Made by a program: the position numbers and the translations under genes | Shown: positions 1 to 8,568 of the stretch, in pieces | Numbering within the stretch: position 1 is the first letter of the stretch | Layout: each line of letters opens with the position of its first letter | Origin: a virus | Lineage: Duplodnaviria; Caudoviricetes | Strand: one strand, 5' to 3' | Length of the DNA: 56,547 nt | IMG/VR virus record: IMGVR_UViG_3300010401_000040 | Span: 1 to 56,547 of that record | The notes under the pieces: model-generated | What the model was told of the DNA's origin: nothing | The model's input: the letters and a program-made list of their open reading frames with translations, nothing else | The model's database searches: none

Positions 1-123
1 GCCGAGGCTCTTATTCCTAGCTGGTGGTAGGTGCTCCAACAGGGGCGCCACTCGGCGATCGGTTTGATACCCCGACGCGCCGAGCGATGCCGAAATGCCG
101 CCGCTTCTCCCTTTTTCATTAGA
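1..123. repeat. 123-bp direct terminal repeat (left copy); circular assembly overlap
   Basis: Identical to 56425-56547. The reading frames join across the junction: the Sak4-like TAA overlaps the ATG of the 84-aa HTH gene as TAATG. Confidence 0.97.
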
Positions 124-1552
124 ACGGTTTGACGCCTCCCAACTCTTTGCGGAATTGCAGGCAGGACTTGGCGTAGGTGCCCCAACTGTCAGCGACCGTC
201 TTTAAGAGGTCCGGCCTCAGCAGTGCCACCTGGTCCAGGTTATCCACACCGGGCTCCAGGCTCCCCAGGGCTATCAGTGTGGCGATAACCTCCCGCTCAG
301 TGACCTTGTCCGGGTTCTCGCCAATAAACCCGCGAATCCGGGCCAGAGGGGGTAATTCGCCACCGCCCTGGGGCGGAACGGGGGCTCCCTGAGGCGTTTG
401 GACGGCGGGTGGGGTGTTGAGACCAGTCAGATTGGCCTGGCCCGTCTGGGGCAGTTTCTCAAACGGCAGGTCGTCTTCTGTCTCATTACTAGAGACTGGT
501 CCAGGTGTAGCGATACCGAGGTGGGAACGCAACCGGATTAACCCATCGCGCAGCACGTCGGCCTGCATGTTCTCCACTTTGGTCCAGGACCTGGTCCCAA
601 AGATCTGGGAGATGAGGTCAGCCTTTGCCTTCTTCTCGTCGGCTGACTGGCCTGGGTATTTGGAGACAATGTCCCCCATGATCTCCTCGCAAAGGATGGT
701 GCGCTCGCGCCGTTCCCGTTCCCAGCCGGTGTTGCCTTCAATGTCGGCGCCGGTGGTGGTCTTGTTGGTTGTGTCCACCACGCTGTGGGCTCCAGCGCGA
801 AGCATCGCTACGTGCGGCTTGAAGAACTCGAAGGTGGGATTGACCGCCACCTGCCCATCCAGAATGGAGAAGCGATCGCCCAGCACGGTCGCAGTGTGGA
901 TCAGTTTGAAGCCGCCCTGTCCATCCGGCTGTTGGTCGCGTTCCATCTCCACTAGCAGTGAGGGTTCGAAGCCGAATTCACCTTCCACTTTCATTTTGGT
1001 CCCGGCTTTCACCAGTTCCTTGCGGCCACTCTCCTCGTTCTTTTCAAACTCCCAGATGGCCCCGGCTCGACCGCAGACGATCATGTGGAGTGGAGAATTT
1101 AGGAAGAACTCACTCCAGGGCTCCCACATCGCTTTGATGCTTGCCCAGTGTTGGAACTCTAACTTTTGGAGCGGGTAGAGCCGCTTCTCTTTTCGCCGGT
1201 CGTTGAGTTGGGCAAGGTAGGAGTCGCATAGCTCGCGCCAAGGATGCGTAACTGAATCCACAATGGCAACTGAGACACGCTCTTTAAGGCAATCGTTGGC
1301 GAACTCCATGAGGGAGGAGAAAGATCGCGCTCGAACGCCAAGCAGATCCATGCCGGTCTCTTTTCGAACCATCTCCGCCAGATAGCCCGAGCCAGCTTCA
1401 GTGTCATAGAAGGCGATAGGCCCCGGCAGTTTGAAGAACGATCGAACACCGATAGCCAGCTTGGTTGCGGTGTAAGACTTTCCTGATTTTTGGTAGCCGA
1501 GGAACCCGGCTTTGAGGAATCCCTGATCATTGCTTAATTTTGTTAACGGCAT
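119..1552 (-). CDS. AAA_24/Sak4-like P-loop ATPase (ssDNA-annealing recombinase) with C-terminal extension
   Basis: Walker A GYQKSGKS, DTE motif, Walker B AIVDS, W(A)SIK and FEPSL segments typical of AAA_24; GAAAGGAC RBS upstream. Confidence 0.8.
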   Translation of the reverse strand: MPLTKLSNDQGFLKAGFLGYQKSGKSYTATKLAIGVRSFFKLPGPIAFYDTEAGSGYLAEMVRKETGMDLLGVRARSFSSLMEFANDCLKERVSVAIVDSVTHPWRELCDSYLAQLNDRRKEKRLYPLQKLEFQHWASIKAMWEPWSEFFLNSPLHMIVCGRAGAIWEFEKNEESGRKELVKAGTKMKVEGEFGFEPSLLVEMERDQQPDGQGGFKLIHTATVLGDRFSILDGQVAVNPTFEFFKPHVAMLRAGAHSVVDTTNKTTTGADIEGNTGWERERRERTILCEEIMGDIVSKYPGQSADEKKAKADLISQIFGTRSWTKVENMQADVLRDGLIRLRSHLGIATPGPVSSNETEDDLPFEKLPQTGQANLTGLNTPPAVQTPQGAPVPPQGGGELPPLARIRGFIGENPDKVTEREVIATLIALGSLEPGVDNLDQVALLRPDLLKTVADSWGTYAKSCLQFRKELGGVKPF

Positions 1553-1615
1553 AACTGTCTCTTTGTCCTTTCACTGTTTTTGTTTACCAACACCCCGGTG
1601 CGGGGTAAATCCTTT

Positions 1616-1834
1616 TTAATCCAGGCCGAAGTGATGCTCGATCCCATCAGCGGGAGGGCGCACCGCTCGGACCGCGAGCCAGTCTCCGGCGCTGTTTCTA
1701 ATTGCGATCAGGACGGCCTCCCCGCTCACCATGCGAGCCATCACCGGCAGTGGAAATATCCCCTCAGGGATCTTGAGTTCATCCAGTCGGCTGACCAGCA
1801 TCTCGCGCCTGCGGGTGTATTCATTAAGGGTCAT
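1616..1834 (-). CDS. hypothetical protein (72 aa)
   Basis: Tightly coupled to the upstream ORF in the minus-strand early cluster. Confidence 0.6.
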   Translation of the reverse strand: MTLNEYTRRREMLVSRLDELKIPEGIFPLPVMARMVSGEAVLIAIRNSAGDWLAVRAVRPPADGIEHHFGLD

Positions 1835-2297
1835 TTGCTATGTTCAGGAAATCCCTCACCCCCGCCGATCCACCCTCCCAGTGAGAGTCGAACTTTCCAA
1901 GATCGCGCATCTGACATGCGGTCTCCTGGGAGATGAAATACGCGAATGGTTGCGGCAGTTCGCAAGTGAACACCACGACATAGCCGTCGATACGCTTCAT
2001 CTCATCCAGCTGCCTGCTAGTTGTGTGCTTCCGCCCCATGCCCTTGGCTCCGGATGGTGCAAGGCTGAGTTTGTCGGTCCCGACGCGCAGGCGGTAGACC
2101 TTGCCGTCTTGAACGGTGACAATCAGCTTCCCACTGGCACCATCAGAGATGACCTCGAACCGCACATTGCTGTGTATCCACCCAGTAACCATCGGGTTGA
2201 GAATTCGACCATCACAGAGCATCTCCATGAACACCGGGAAGCGGATGCCAAGTGCTGCGCTCGCCGCCTCAAGGTTCCAGTCTATTTTTATTTTCAT
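1824..2297 (-). CDS. hypothetical protein (157 aa)
   Basis: AT-rich initiation region; globular composition. Confidence 0.7.
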   Translation of the reverse strand: MKIKIDWNLEAASAALGIRFPVFMEMLCDGRILNPMVTGWIHSNVRFEVISDGASGKLIVTVQDGKVYRLRVGTDKLSLAPSGAKGMGRKHTTSRQLDEMKRIDGYVVVFTCELPQPFAYFISQETACQMRDLGKFDSHWEGGSAGVRDFLNIANDP

Positions 2298-2436
2298 AAT
2301 TTTAAGAAATTGTGCCCGGCCTCCCCACTCTCCAAGGGAGACCGGGCGTGCGCTAGTGGCTTTGCCGATAGGACAGTGGACGGTCGTGGTCGAAGAGTTA
2401 CTCGTTTAACCACGATGCTCACCAGCGCAGATTTGT

Positions 2437-2628
2437 TTAGTGCTCAGTTGCGTTGTAGACGATGGCGTATGCTAAATACTCAGGAAGCAGGCCAGCCTGC
2501 TGCAGCTGGCCTTCAAACTCGCGCAGATACTTCTTCAACTCGGGCACCGCATCAATCGGGTCCTCGTGTTTATCTAGAATCCGCGAGACTTCCTGGCACT
2601 GCCCTTCATTGAGCACATCGCCAATCAT
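2437..2628 (-). CDS. hypothetical protein (about 63 aa, MIGDVLNEG...)
   Basis: Start moved to 2628 (GGAGAG RBS) to remove overlap with 2646-3029. Confidence 0.6.
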   Translation of the reverse strand: MIGDVLNEGQCQEVSRILDKHEDPIDAVPELKKYLREFEGQLQQAGLLPEYLAYAIVYNATEH

Positions 2629-2645
2629 CACTCTCCGCCAGTCGC

Positions 2646-3029
2646 TCAACTGACCTTCTCCTTGAGCATGATCCAGTTGCAGGAGACTGTGCCAGCGGGT
2701 GCGGTCTGCCAGCCCGTCACCTTCTTCCACATCCCTGACCACCAGAGTTTGATATCCTCTTTCATAGTGGAAGAGTTGATGAGGCGAGGTATCCATGTGG
2801 TGATGGGGTGAGCACTGCCAGCCTCAGCCAAGAAGATTTCGCCATCCGACAGTGTCCTATACCAACTCTTGGCGTGCTCCAGGTCGTCGAAGGCAAAACA
2901 GTTTCCCACTTCGGGCTTCACTGGTTTGCCAACGAGATACTCCAACTGCAGGTTCGGGTCGTAATACCCGACGACCGCACTGAAGTGACGCTCTCCTATT
3001 GTCTTAACTACCTTATAGACTCTAGCCAT
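2646..3029 (-). CDS. hypothetical protein (127 aa)
   Basis: AGAAAGGAC RBS and A/C-rich leader. Confidence 0.75.
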   Translation of the reverse strand: MARVYKVVKTIGERHFSAVVGYYDPNLQLEYLVGKPVKPEVGNCFAFDDLEHAKSWYRTLSDGEIFLAEAGSAHPITTWIPRLINSSTMKEDIKLWWSGMWKKVTGWQTAPAGTVSCNWIMLKEKVS

Positions 3030-3080
3030 AACTGCTACTTGTCCTTTCTTTGGTTTGTTTTTGGCGCTTTTGTTTTGATG

Positions 3081-3121
3081 AGTCTCCAGGACAGGCTAGC
3101 GCCATTCCCATCCTGGAGACT
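3081..3121. terminator. intergenic hairpin (terminator or processing site)
   Basis: 11-bp perfect stem AGTCTCCAGGA/TCCTGGAGACT. Confidence 0.55.
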
Positions 3122-3128
3122 TGATTGT

Positions 3129-3575
3129 TTAGTAGAGCCTGAGGTGCCTGCGTCCGCAGTGACCACAGGTCCGGTTCTCGTCTTTAAGGGCACGACTGAT
3201 CCCGAAGTGGAGACAGTCCGTGCACATGTAGCGCTTGATGCGCTTCAACCGCTGGGCGCCCTTGTCAGTCAGCCGCAGTTTGTAGCCGCCACCCGCCGAG
3301 CTAGCCTGACCAATCGGGATGCTCCGCTCGATTATCCCGTTACGAATGGCGTAGCGGGTAATGCTGCCGATCCAGGTCACCATGTGGCCGCGCACCGTCG
3401 CGCGTCGGCCACGCTGGTTCCTCGGCGATATCTTGCGATAGATGGCGTGCGGTGGGATCATGGCCTCGAAGTTTTCCCACACCTCAAAGACGTGCTTCCA
3501 CTGCTCAGTGCCGATTGACATAACGATCAAGTCCAGCCAGTGGATCTCAGGATCGCGATTCTCACGCTTCTTCAT
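3129..3575 (-). CDS. basic, probably DNA-binding protein with C-terminal Zn ribbon
   Basis: CTDC...CGHC; wing-like GGGYKLRLTDKG; start taken at MKKREN. Confidence 0.6.
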   Translation of the reverse strand: MKKRENRDPEIHWLDLIVMSIGTEQWKHVFEVWENFEAMIPPHAIYRKISPRNQRGRRATVRGHMVTWIGSITRYAIRNGIIERSIPIGQASSAGGGYKLRLTDKGAQRLKRIKRYMCTDCLHFGISRALKDENRTCGHCGRRHLRLY

Positions 3576-4518
3576 TGGAAAGGGCGTGGAGTTTTTGCTC
3601 CAACGCGCGTTGAAGAACAATTCCACGCTGCCTCTCCGACTCCGACTTGCACCCCATCTGGCGCATGCTTTTCTTATTGCGCAGGAGAATGTCCAGGGTC
3701 TGGAGCATCCGCAGGTAACGCGCCCACAGGCGGTCCTGTTCAGTCCCCTTACTGAGCACCACCTTGGAGCCTGACTTGAGGCCTTGAGCGTATTCCTCGA
3801 TCACACCGATCTGGGCCTTCTCGGAAGCCTTTTCCTCGGTGATGGCATCCACCAGGGCGTGGACCTCGCCGCCTTTCATGCGCTCGCCTTCAGCCAGGCG
3901 CACCGCCCTCTCAACTACTGAGTCGATCGGGATCGTGTTTAACTTCACGATAGAAGTGCGGGGCAGGTTGTCGGCCTTAACTCCCAGGCTTTTGAAGCGC
4001 TGCAGCGCCAGCTTCACACGGTTGTTGACGTGCAAGGTGTGGACGTGGACGCCGAACTTGTCGGCGGCTTCATTGGGTGAGAGTTTGTAAATCGCCATCG
4101 CGTTAATGGCGTCCTGGATTGCCTCCTCTTTCCCTTTTCGCAGGCCGTGCTTGCGGTTGAGTGCCTTGGGCAGGAGATCGATCACCATCGGGTCTTTAGT
4201 CTCCACCACGTAGAAGCCCATGGATTTCTGGTTGAACTCCTCAGCCGCTTTGCGCGTGTGGTTTCCGCCTAGCACCAGGTATTTGCCGGTGCCGGGCTGC
4301 TTAACCGCCACCCCACAGGGGAAGTCATCCCCCGACTCCATGCTGGCCAGGTAGTCAGTGACCACCGTGTCATCCAGCCGCTGGCGCCGGGCGTGGTTGT
4401 TGGAACTCAATTGCTCATCGATCTGGTTGAAGTTTATCTCTTCAACCTCCCACTTGAGGCCCCACTCACGCAGGGTTTTTTCGATTGCATCCGATTTTAA
4501 CCATTGTATCTTTCGCAT
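3562..4518 (-). CDS. ParB/Srx-like N-terminal domain protein with HTH
   Basis: R-x-x-L-D..V..Y...M..GD.FP...V......Y.VLGGNHT pattern (degenerate ParB motif); HTH-like SPNEAADKFGVHVHTL; start at 4518 after GAAAGGAC RBS. Confidence 0.7.
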   Translation of the reverse strand: MRKIQWLKSDAIEKTLREWGLKWEVEEINFNQIDEQLSSNNHARRQRLDDTVVTDYLASMESGDDFPCGVAVKQPGTGKYLVLGGNHTRKAAEEFNQKSMGFYVVETKDPMVIDLLPKALNRKHGLRKGKEEAIQDAINAMAIYKLSPNEAADKFGVHVHTLHVNNRVKLALQRFKSLGVKADNLPRTSIVKLNTIPIDSVVERAVRLAEGERMKGGEVHALVDAITEEKASEKAQIGVIEEYAQGLKSGSKVVLSKGTEQDRLWARYLRMLQTLDILLRNKKSMRQMGCKSESERQRGIVLQRALEQKLHALSNEEA

Positions 4519-4537
4519 TGTAACTGTCCTTTCTGCT

Positions 4538-4581
4538 AAAGTCCGTGGCTCTCGCCTGGTGGGCAAAAAGCCACGGACTTT
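4538..4581. terminator. 13-bp-stem hairpin between JAB and ParB-like genes
   Basis: AAAGTCCGTGGCT...AGCCACGGACTTT; followed by a T-rich tract on the plus strand and a short one on the minus strand. Confidence 0.65.
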
Positions 4582-4597
4582 CTTTGTTTAGTGTTTA

Positions 4598-5716
4598 CTA
4601 ATCCATCATGTGCCCGTGCCAACCCAGTTGGCGGGCAGCTTCTTCTTCTTCCTCTGCCTTGGTCATCATCCGGCACTCCGCCTGGTAAGAGGCAATGAGC
4701 GGGGTCAAGTCCAGATCGGCGGGCACTTCCTCCCACATCTCCCCGACGCTGACGTCATACTTCTCGATCGCATCCAGCAGCAGCTTGGTGTGGTTCTGGC
4801 CGGTTATGTCTTCAGCCAGTTCGCCAATGAAGTTGGCAACCTGTCGCTGCGCGTTCTCGTTCTGGATTTCAGCACCCAGCACCTCGACAGCGAACATGCC
4901 TACGGCCCGGCGTGCCCGTTGCCAGGCAGGTATCGAATTCGCGTGTGACCGCCATTTGTCTGCACCACCTTGGTAACTGTGCCCCCCTGGGCCATACGAG
5001 CCATACGACGGCGAGCCCGTCGAGACAACCGAGCCGGGAAAGGTGGGTTGTTTAACCTCGATTAGGTTCTCTTTCCACTGGTCCGGGAAACCAGGGATGG
5101 GGTCAGGTTTAGTGGTCATTTGGAATCGCGCCACTTTGTCCCAAAGGTCAATCGGGATGATGCGCGAGATGTTCTCTCCTACATCCCAGAAGCGCGCCAG
5201 GTCGGGCTCAAAGCAGAACCCGCCCAGGTAGAACCGGGCATGCAGGTCGTAACGGGGCGAGCCCAGGCTGCCAATGGTGATGTGCAGCCCGTCGATTTTC
5301 TCCTCGTTGTTCTTGTCGGTGCCCGACTGAAAGGCACTCATTGAACAGTGATGGTGAACGGTGCCAAAGTAGACCCAGCCATCAGCGTCGCTAAACTGCG
5401 CCCGCTGTTTCTTGGTCTCGTCGGTGTCCAGTTCCTCGGCACTCATCCCCGTCTTAGCCTTCTGTGGGAAGGCCCAGGCTGCCCAGCGCCGCTCTTTCAT
5501 ATTAACAAAGAGCCGCACCTGGGACTCGCTGTGGGTGGTGTCGTAGGTCCATTGGAAGAACCTCAGGACCTGGCACCACACCTCGGGATCGATCCGCGGA
5601 CCCAGGTAGGACAATTCCGCTGTGGCGTTCTTAATCTCGTGCTTGAAGTTGCACGAAATTAAACCGGGGAACTGTTTACTGGTCGTTATCTCCGGCTGAT
5701 AGGTGAGTAGTTTCAT
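4598..5716 (-). CDS. JAB/MPN+ (JAMM) metallo-isopeptidase, prokaryotic Ub-system type
   Basis: Intact JAMM motif H-x-H-x7-S-x2-D (HHHCSMSAFQSGTD), upstream Glu (SESQV), downstream DGLHITIG; long C-terminal extension. Confidence 0.9.
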   Translation of the reverse strand: MKLLTYQPEITTSKQFPGLISCNFKHEIKNATAELSYLGPRIDPEVWCQVLRFFQWTYDTTHSESQVRLFVNMKERRWAAWAFPQKAKTGMSAEELDTDETKKQRAQFSDADGWVYFGTVHHHCSMSAFQSGTDKNNEEKIDGLHITIGSLGSPRYDLHARFYLGGFCFEPDLARFWDVGENISRIIPIDLWDKVARFQMTTKPDPIPGFPDQWKENLIEVKQPTFPGSVVSTGSPSYGSYGPGGHSYQGGADKWRSHANSIPAWQRARRAVGMFAVEVLGAEIQNENAQRQVANFIGELAEDITGQNHTKLLLDAIEKYDVSVGEMWEEVPADLDLTPLIASYQAECRMMTKAEEEEEAARQLGWHGHMMD

Positions 5717-6303
5717 CGTTCAAACTCTCCTCTCGCGTTAAGGTTGAGCCACGCTCGCAAGCGCAACCGCACCGAGGCGGTGTCGGCTACCGCGCACGCA
5801 TGGTCTTCGGGTTCACCATCGCAATGTTCGTAGGTGTCGTCTCTGCCCTCAGGGTCCATGTCCGGCCAGTCGTTTTCACGGGCGTCCTCGCGCAACTCTT
5901 CAAACACCCTGTTAGCCAGTTCGTCGAAGCCCTCCTGTTCCAACCGCGCCTCTTCGATTATCTGCAACATGCGCGCATTGCTGATGCTCTCTTGCGATGA
6001 GCCACGCCGTGATCGGCTGTAACGACAGTTGCCCGTCTCAATGTCGGTATGGATTATCGTCGCCGTGATGGCGTCGGCTTCATCCACTACCACGCTACTG
6101 GGCTTAAAGTTGGTCTCGATCCAATCTTTAATCTTTTCGTAGGTGTCGGCCTCGGGTGGCACCGGCTTTTTGACCGCGGCTAATACCAGCGCACGGTTGG
6201 TTTCGTTCTGCGGTGCTGCCTGGATCAGCGCTATTACTGAGCCTTTGAGCACCTGCTGTATTTGGCTAAGCCGCTTGGGCTCGGCTAGTTTCTCCATAAC
6301 CAT
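5713..6303 (-). CDS. acidic hypothetical protein within Ubl operon (196 aa)
   Basis: GAAAGGAC RBS; ATGA coupling to JAB. Confidence 0.75.
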   Translation of the reverse strand: MVMEKLAEPKRLSQIQQVLKGSVIALIQAAPQNETNRALVLAAVKKPVPPEADTYEKIKDWIETNFKPSSVVVDEADAITATIIHTDIETGNCRYSRSRRGSSQESISNARMLQIIEEARLEQEGFDELANRVFEELREDARENDWPDMDPEGRDDTYEHCDGEPEDHACAVADTASVRLRLRAWLNLNARGEFER

Positions 6304-6976
6304 CTGTCCTTTCTAGTGCGTCCTTGATTCGGAAGGACTGCAATTTTGTGAGGTTTGCTACCAGTCGATAGGGGAGTGAGGGCAGCGTCTCACTCTCGAG
6401 TTTAGGCGCCTCCAAATGCCAGAGCACAAAGAGGTGCATAGCTAGTGAAGCGGCCAACGAATTGGCGCTTACTAGCTGCGGGTTTTCTTCCTGGGCCTCG
6501 CCGGTGCAGCCGATAGCTTCCCCCATCGGGTCGCCATCGGTGCCGGTCAGGATCTCTGGGAAGTAGGTTCTCGGGTCCAAGGAACCACCACGCCATTGTG
6601 GCTCGTAGTAGTAGGCCTCAGCCGAGTGTGTTTCATTGGCGGCAATCAGGACCCGGCAGCCGCGCATATCAGCCTCATTCAAGGCCGCGCGCCGTGCCGG
6701 GTGATTGTCCACCAGGGTGATGAGCCAGTCTTCAGGTTGCACCGTGAAGCGGCCCATGGCGAAGTATTCCGGACGCGACATGCAGCCATAGAGGCCAGCC
6801 AAGGCGATTGCCTTGTTCTGGCCCAGGTGCTCACGCCGGAATAACTGACGGTTCAGGTTCTTTTCCTCGAGCCTGTCCCCATCTACCACAACCACCTTTC
6901 GGGGTCCCAGTAGGAGGCATAGGGAGGGAGTAAGCCATGATCCGACGCCGCCTGCGCCGATAACGTAGGCATTCAT
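6266..6976 (-). CDS. E1-like/ThiF-family adenylating enzyme
   Basis: GAGGVGS Rossmann motif, DGDRLEEKNLNRQ, NKA, VDNHPARR, candidate catalytic Cys in IGCTG followed by PQLVSAN; lacks the MoeB/ThiF Zn-binding CxxC pairs. Confidence 0.92.
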   Translation of the reverse strand: MNAYVIGAGGVGSWLTPSLCLLLGPRKVVVVDGDRLEEKNLNRQLFRREHLGQNKAIALAGLYGCMSRPEYFAMGRFTVQPEDWLITLVDNHPARRAALNEADMRGCRVLIAANETHSAEAYYYEPQWRGGSLDPRTYFPEILTGTDGDPMGEAIGCTGEAQEENPQLVSANSLAASLAMHLFVLWHLEAPKLESETLPSLPYRLVANLTKLQSFRIKDALERTDGYGETSRAQAA

Positions 6977-7431
6977 GGTTCTTCTTCCTCCTCCTCAGGC
7001 TCACGATCATCATCAGTCATCGCGATGTTTAACCCGGCAAGCAGTGGGTCCAGCCCCTCGGGTGGTGGGTTAGCAACATCCATTGAGTAGTGACCGCCGT
7101 GGATCATGTCCCAGGTGTTGCGGAACACCTCGCGAACCGGGTCGGCATCACCATTGATTCGCCGGTTGTAGTTGTCTCTGCACTCACAGCAGAGTTGCCT
7201 GAAGGCACGCTCGCTAGCCGAGCCGATCAGTTGGATAGCAAACTCCCGATCGACGATCATCATGTAAGCGGCGATATACTCGTCGATGCAGGCGTTGTGG
7301 TCATTTGGTGAACCAAGAACCAGTTGGCCGTTGGCCTGTTTGTGCAACTTGATTCTCTCAAAGAGGTTGTTGGCGGTGTTACGCAGCTGTGGGCAATCCG
7401 CCAGTGCCTCGAATAGTTCAGGGTGTCTCAT
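6973..7431 (-). CDS. helical hypothetical protein within Ubl operon (152 aa, acidic tail)
   Basis: ATGA overlaps on both sides. Confidence 0.75.
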   Translation of the reverse strand: MRHPELFEALADCPQLRNTANNLFERIKLHKQANGQLVLGSPNDHNACIDEYIAAYMMIVDREFAIQLIGSASERAFRQLCCECRDNYNRRINGDADPVREVFRNTWDMIHGGHYSMDVANPPPEGLDPLLAGLNIAMTDDDREPEEEEEEP

Positions 7432-8129
7432 ACAACAAGTGCTGAGATGTTGGTGGCCACCTTGGTGCAGTAGGTGGTCCAGGGTTTAGCTGGAGCCATG
7501 GTTTGGAACCCGTCCTTGTTTTGAGTGACCCGGAAGAAGTTCTGAGTCACTTCGACATTACGCCACAGATCGGCGTTGTATTGGGCCTGGTCGAAGTTCT
7601 GGAGGATCTTTGCGACCAGTTCGTGGCTGGTAGGTGCCGCCACTGCATTGCGCAGGCCAGTGCAGCACGAGCAATCCTCATGCACATTGGCAATGGGCAG
7701 GCGCCAGGCAATGCCTTTATCGTCGATGGCAAAGAGCCACGCACCGCCAAAGACTTGATCATTAGCAGCAGTCGACTGCACGCACAAGCGCAGGTTCATC
7801 AGTGGGGCCCAGCCTAAAGGGCTCCAGGTGACGGTCATCACCGGGTCAGTCCCTTGTGATCCGAAGTTGGGCACTAGAATTTGGTTTCCGTTCAAGTGCC
7901 ACGGCGCCCGAATCATCAGGCGGTTTAGTGCGATGGAGTAGATAGTGAGGCCCTGGCCAATGCCCAGGCCGACTTTCATTCCATCAATTTCAAAGACTGC
8001 CGGGGCCTTGAACTTCACATCCCGAGCGATCTTGGTGACCAGGTCGTTTCCGATCGCGACCTCGTATTCATTGATGTCCCTCCGCAAGACGGCTCCGTCG
8101 TTGCGGATGAGATATTCTCTGGTAGGCAT
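7428..8129 (-). CDS. prokaryotic E2-like conjugating enzyme (Prok-E2 family D / PRTRC protein B-like)
   Basis: WRLPIANVHEDCSCCTG matches P..NV....C.G; downstream F.QAQYNADL resembles F..S.FN.DL; context next to Ubl, E1 and JAB. Confidence 0.75.
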   Translation of the reverse strand: MPTREYLIRNDGAVLRRDINEYEVAIGNDLVTKIARDVKFKAPAVFEIDGMKVGLGIGQGLTIYSIALNRLMIRAPWHLNGNQILVPNFGSQGTDPVMTVTWSPLGWAPLMNLRLCVQSTAANDQVFGGAWLFAIDDKGIAWRLPIANVHEDCSCCTGLRNAVAAPTSHELVAKILQNFDQAQYNADLWRNVEVTQNFFRVTQNKDGFQTMAPAKPWTTYCTKVATNISALVV

Positions 8130-8143
8130 ATGTTGTCCTTTCC

Positions 8144-8181
8144 AAACGAAAGTCTCCCACCCCTTCTACGGAGTGGGAGAC
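8144..8181 (-). terminator. intrinsic terminator-like hairpin between Ubl and E2
   Basis: Minus strand GTCTCCCACTCC-GTAGAA-GGGGTGGGAGAC-TTTCGTTT (12-bp stem, one G-U). Confidence 0.7.
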
Positions 8182-8199
8182 AATCGTTAGGCCTAACGA

Positions 8200-8421
8200 T
8201 TAGGCAGCTTTCTGGTTGCACCGGGTCTCAAAGACCACAGTGGCCCCGTTGGGGACCTCGACGTCGCTGCCCATCTCTACGCCGTTGATCAATGCACGGA
8301 CGTTGTCGCCCATGCCGAACACGGCCTTCACGTTGGAGTCACTGATCAGCTGTCCGATCTTGGTGCCCTCAGACACGGTTTTGGTGAGGGTCTCTACTCC
8401 GTAACGCAGTGTTACTTGCAT
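8200..8421 (-). CDS. ubiquitin-like (beta-grasp, ThiS/MoaD-like) protein, 73 aa
   Basis: beta-beta-helix pattern MQVTLRYG..., ALINGV, VPNGATVVF, flexible tail ETRCNQKAA; GAAAGGAC RBS defines the start at 8421. Confidence 0.82.
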   Translation of the reverse strand: MQVTLRYGVETLTKTVSEGTKIGQLISDSNVKAVFGMGDNVRALINGVEMGSDVEVPNGATVVFETRCNQKAA

Positions 8422-8568
8422 TTGTTTTGTCCTTTCAACTAACAGTCGTGTGCGTGGGTTTTTAATCCACATTTTGGTTTTGGTTCGTTCCCTGCACACG
8501 TAGGGAACGTCAGCACAACGCTGACTACTGCTGCCTGAAGGCACAGAACTCCAAGCAGCAGGTGTCAG

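Noticed and set aside
1-123. Terminal repeat as a biological DTR
   Set aside because: It cuts through a gene and is k-mer sized; most likely an assembler overlap of a circular or permuted genome.
6266-8421. ThiF/ThiS as thiamine or molybdopterin auxiliary metabolic genes
   Set aside because: No thiG/moaE or sulfur-transfer genes, E1 lacks Zn CxxC pairs, an E2-like gene is present, and the Ubl lacks GG.
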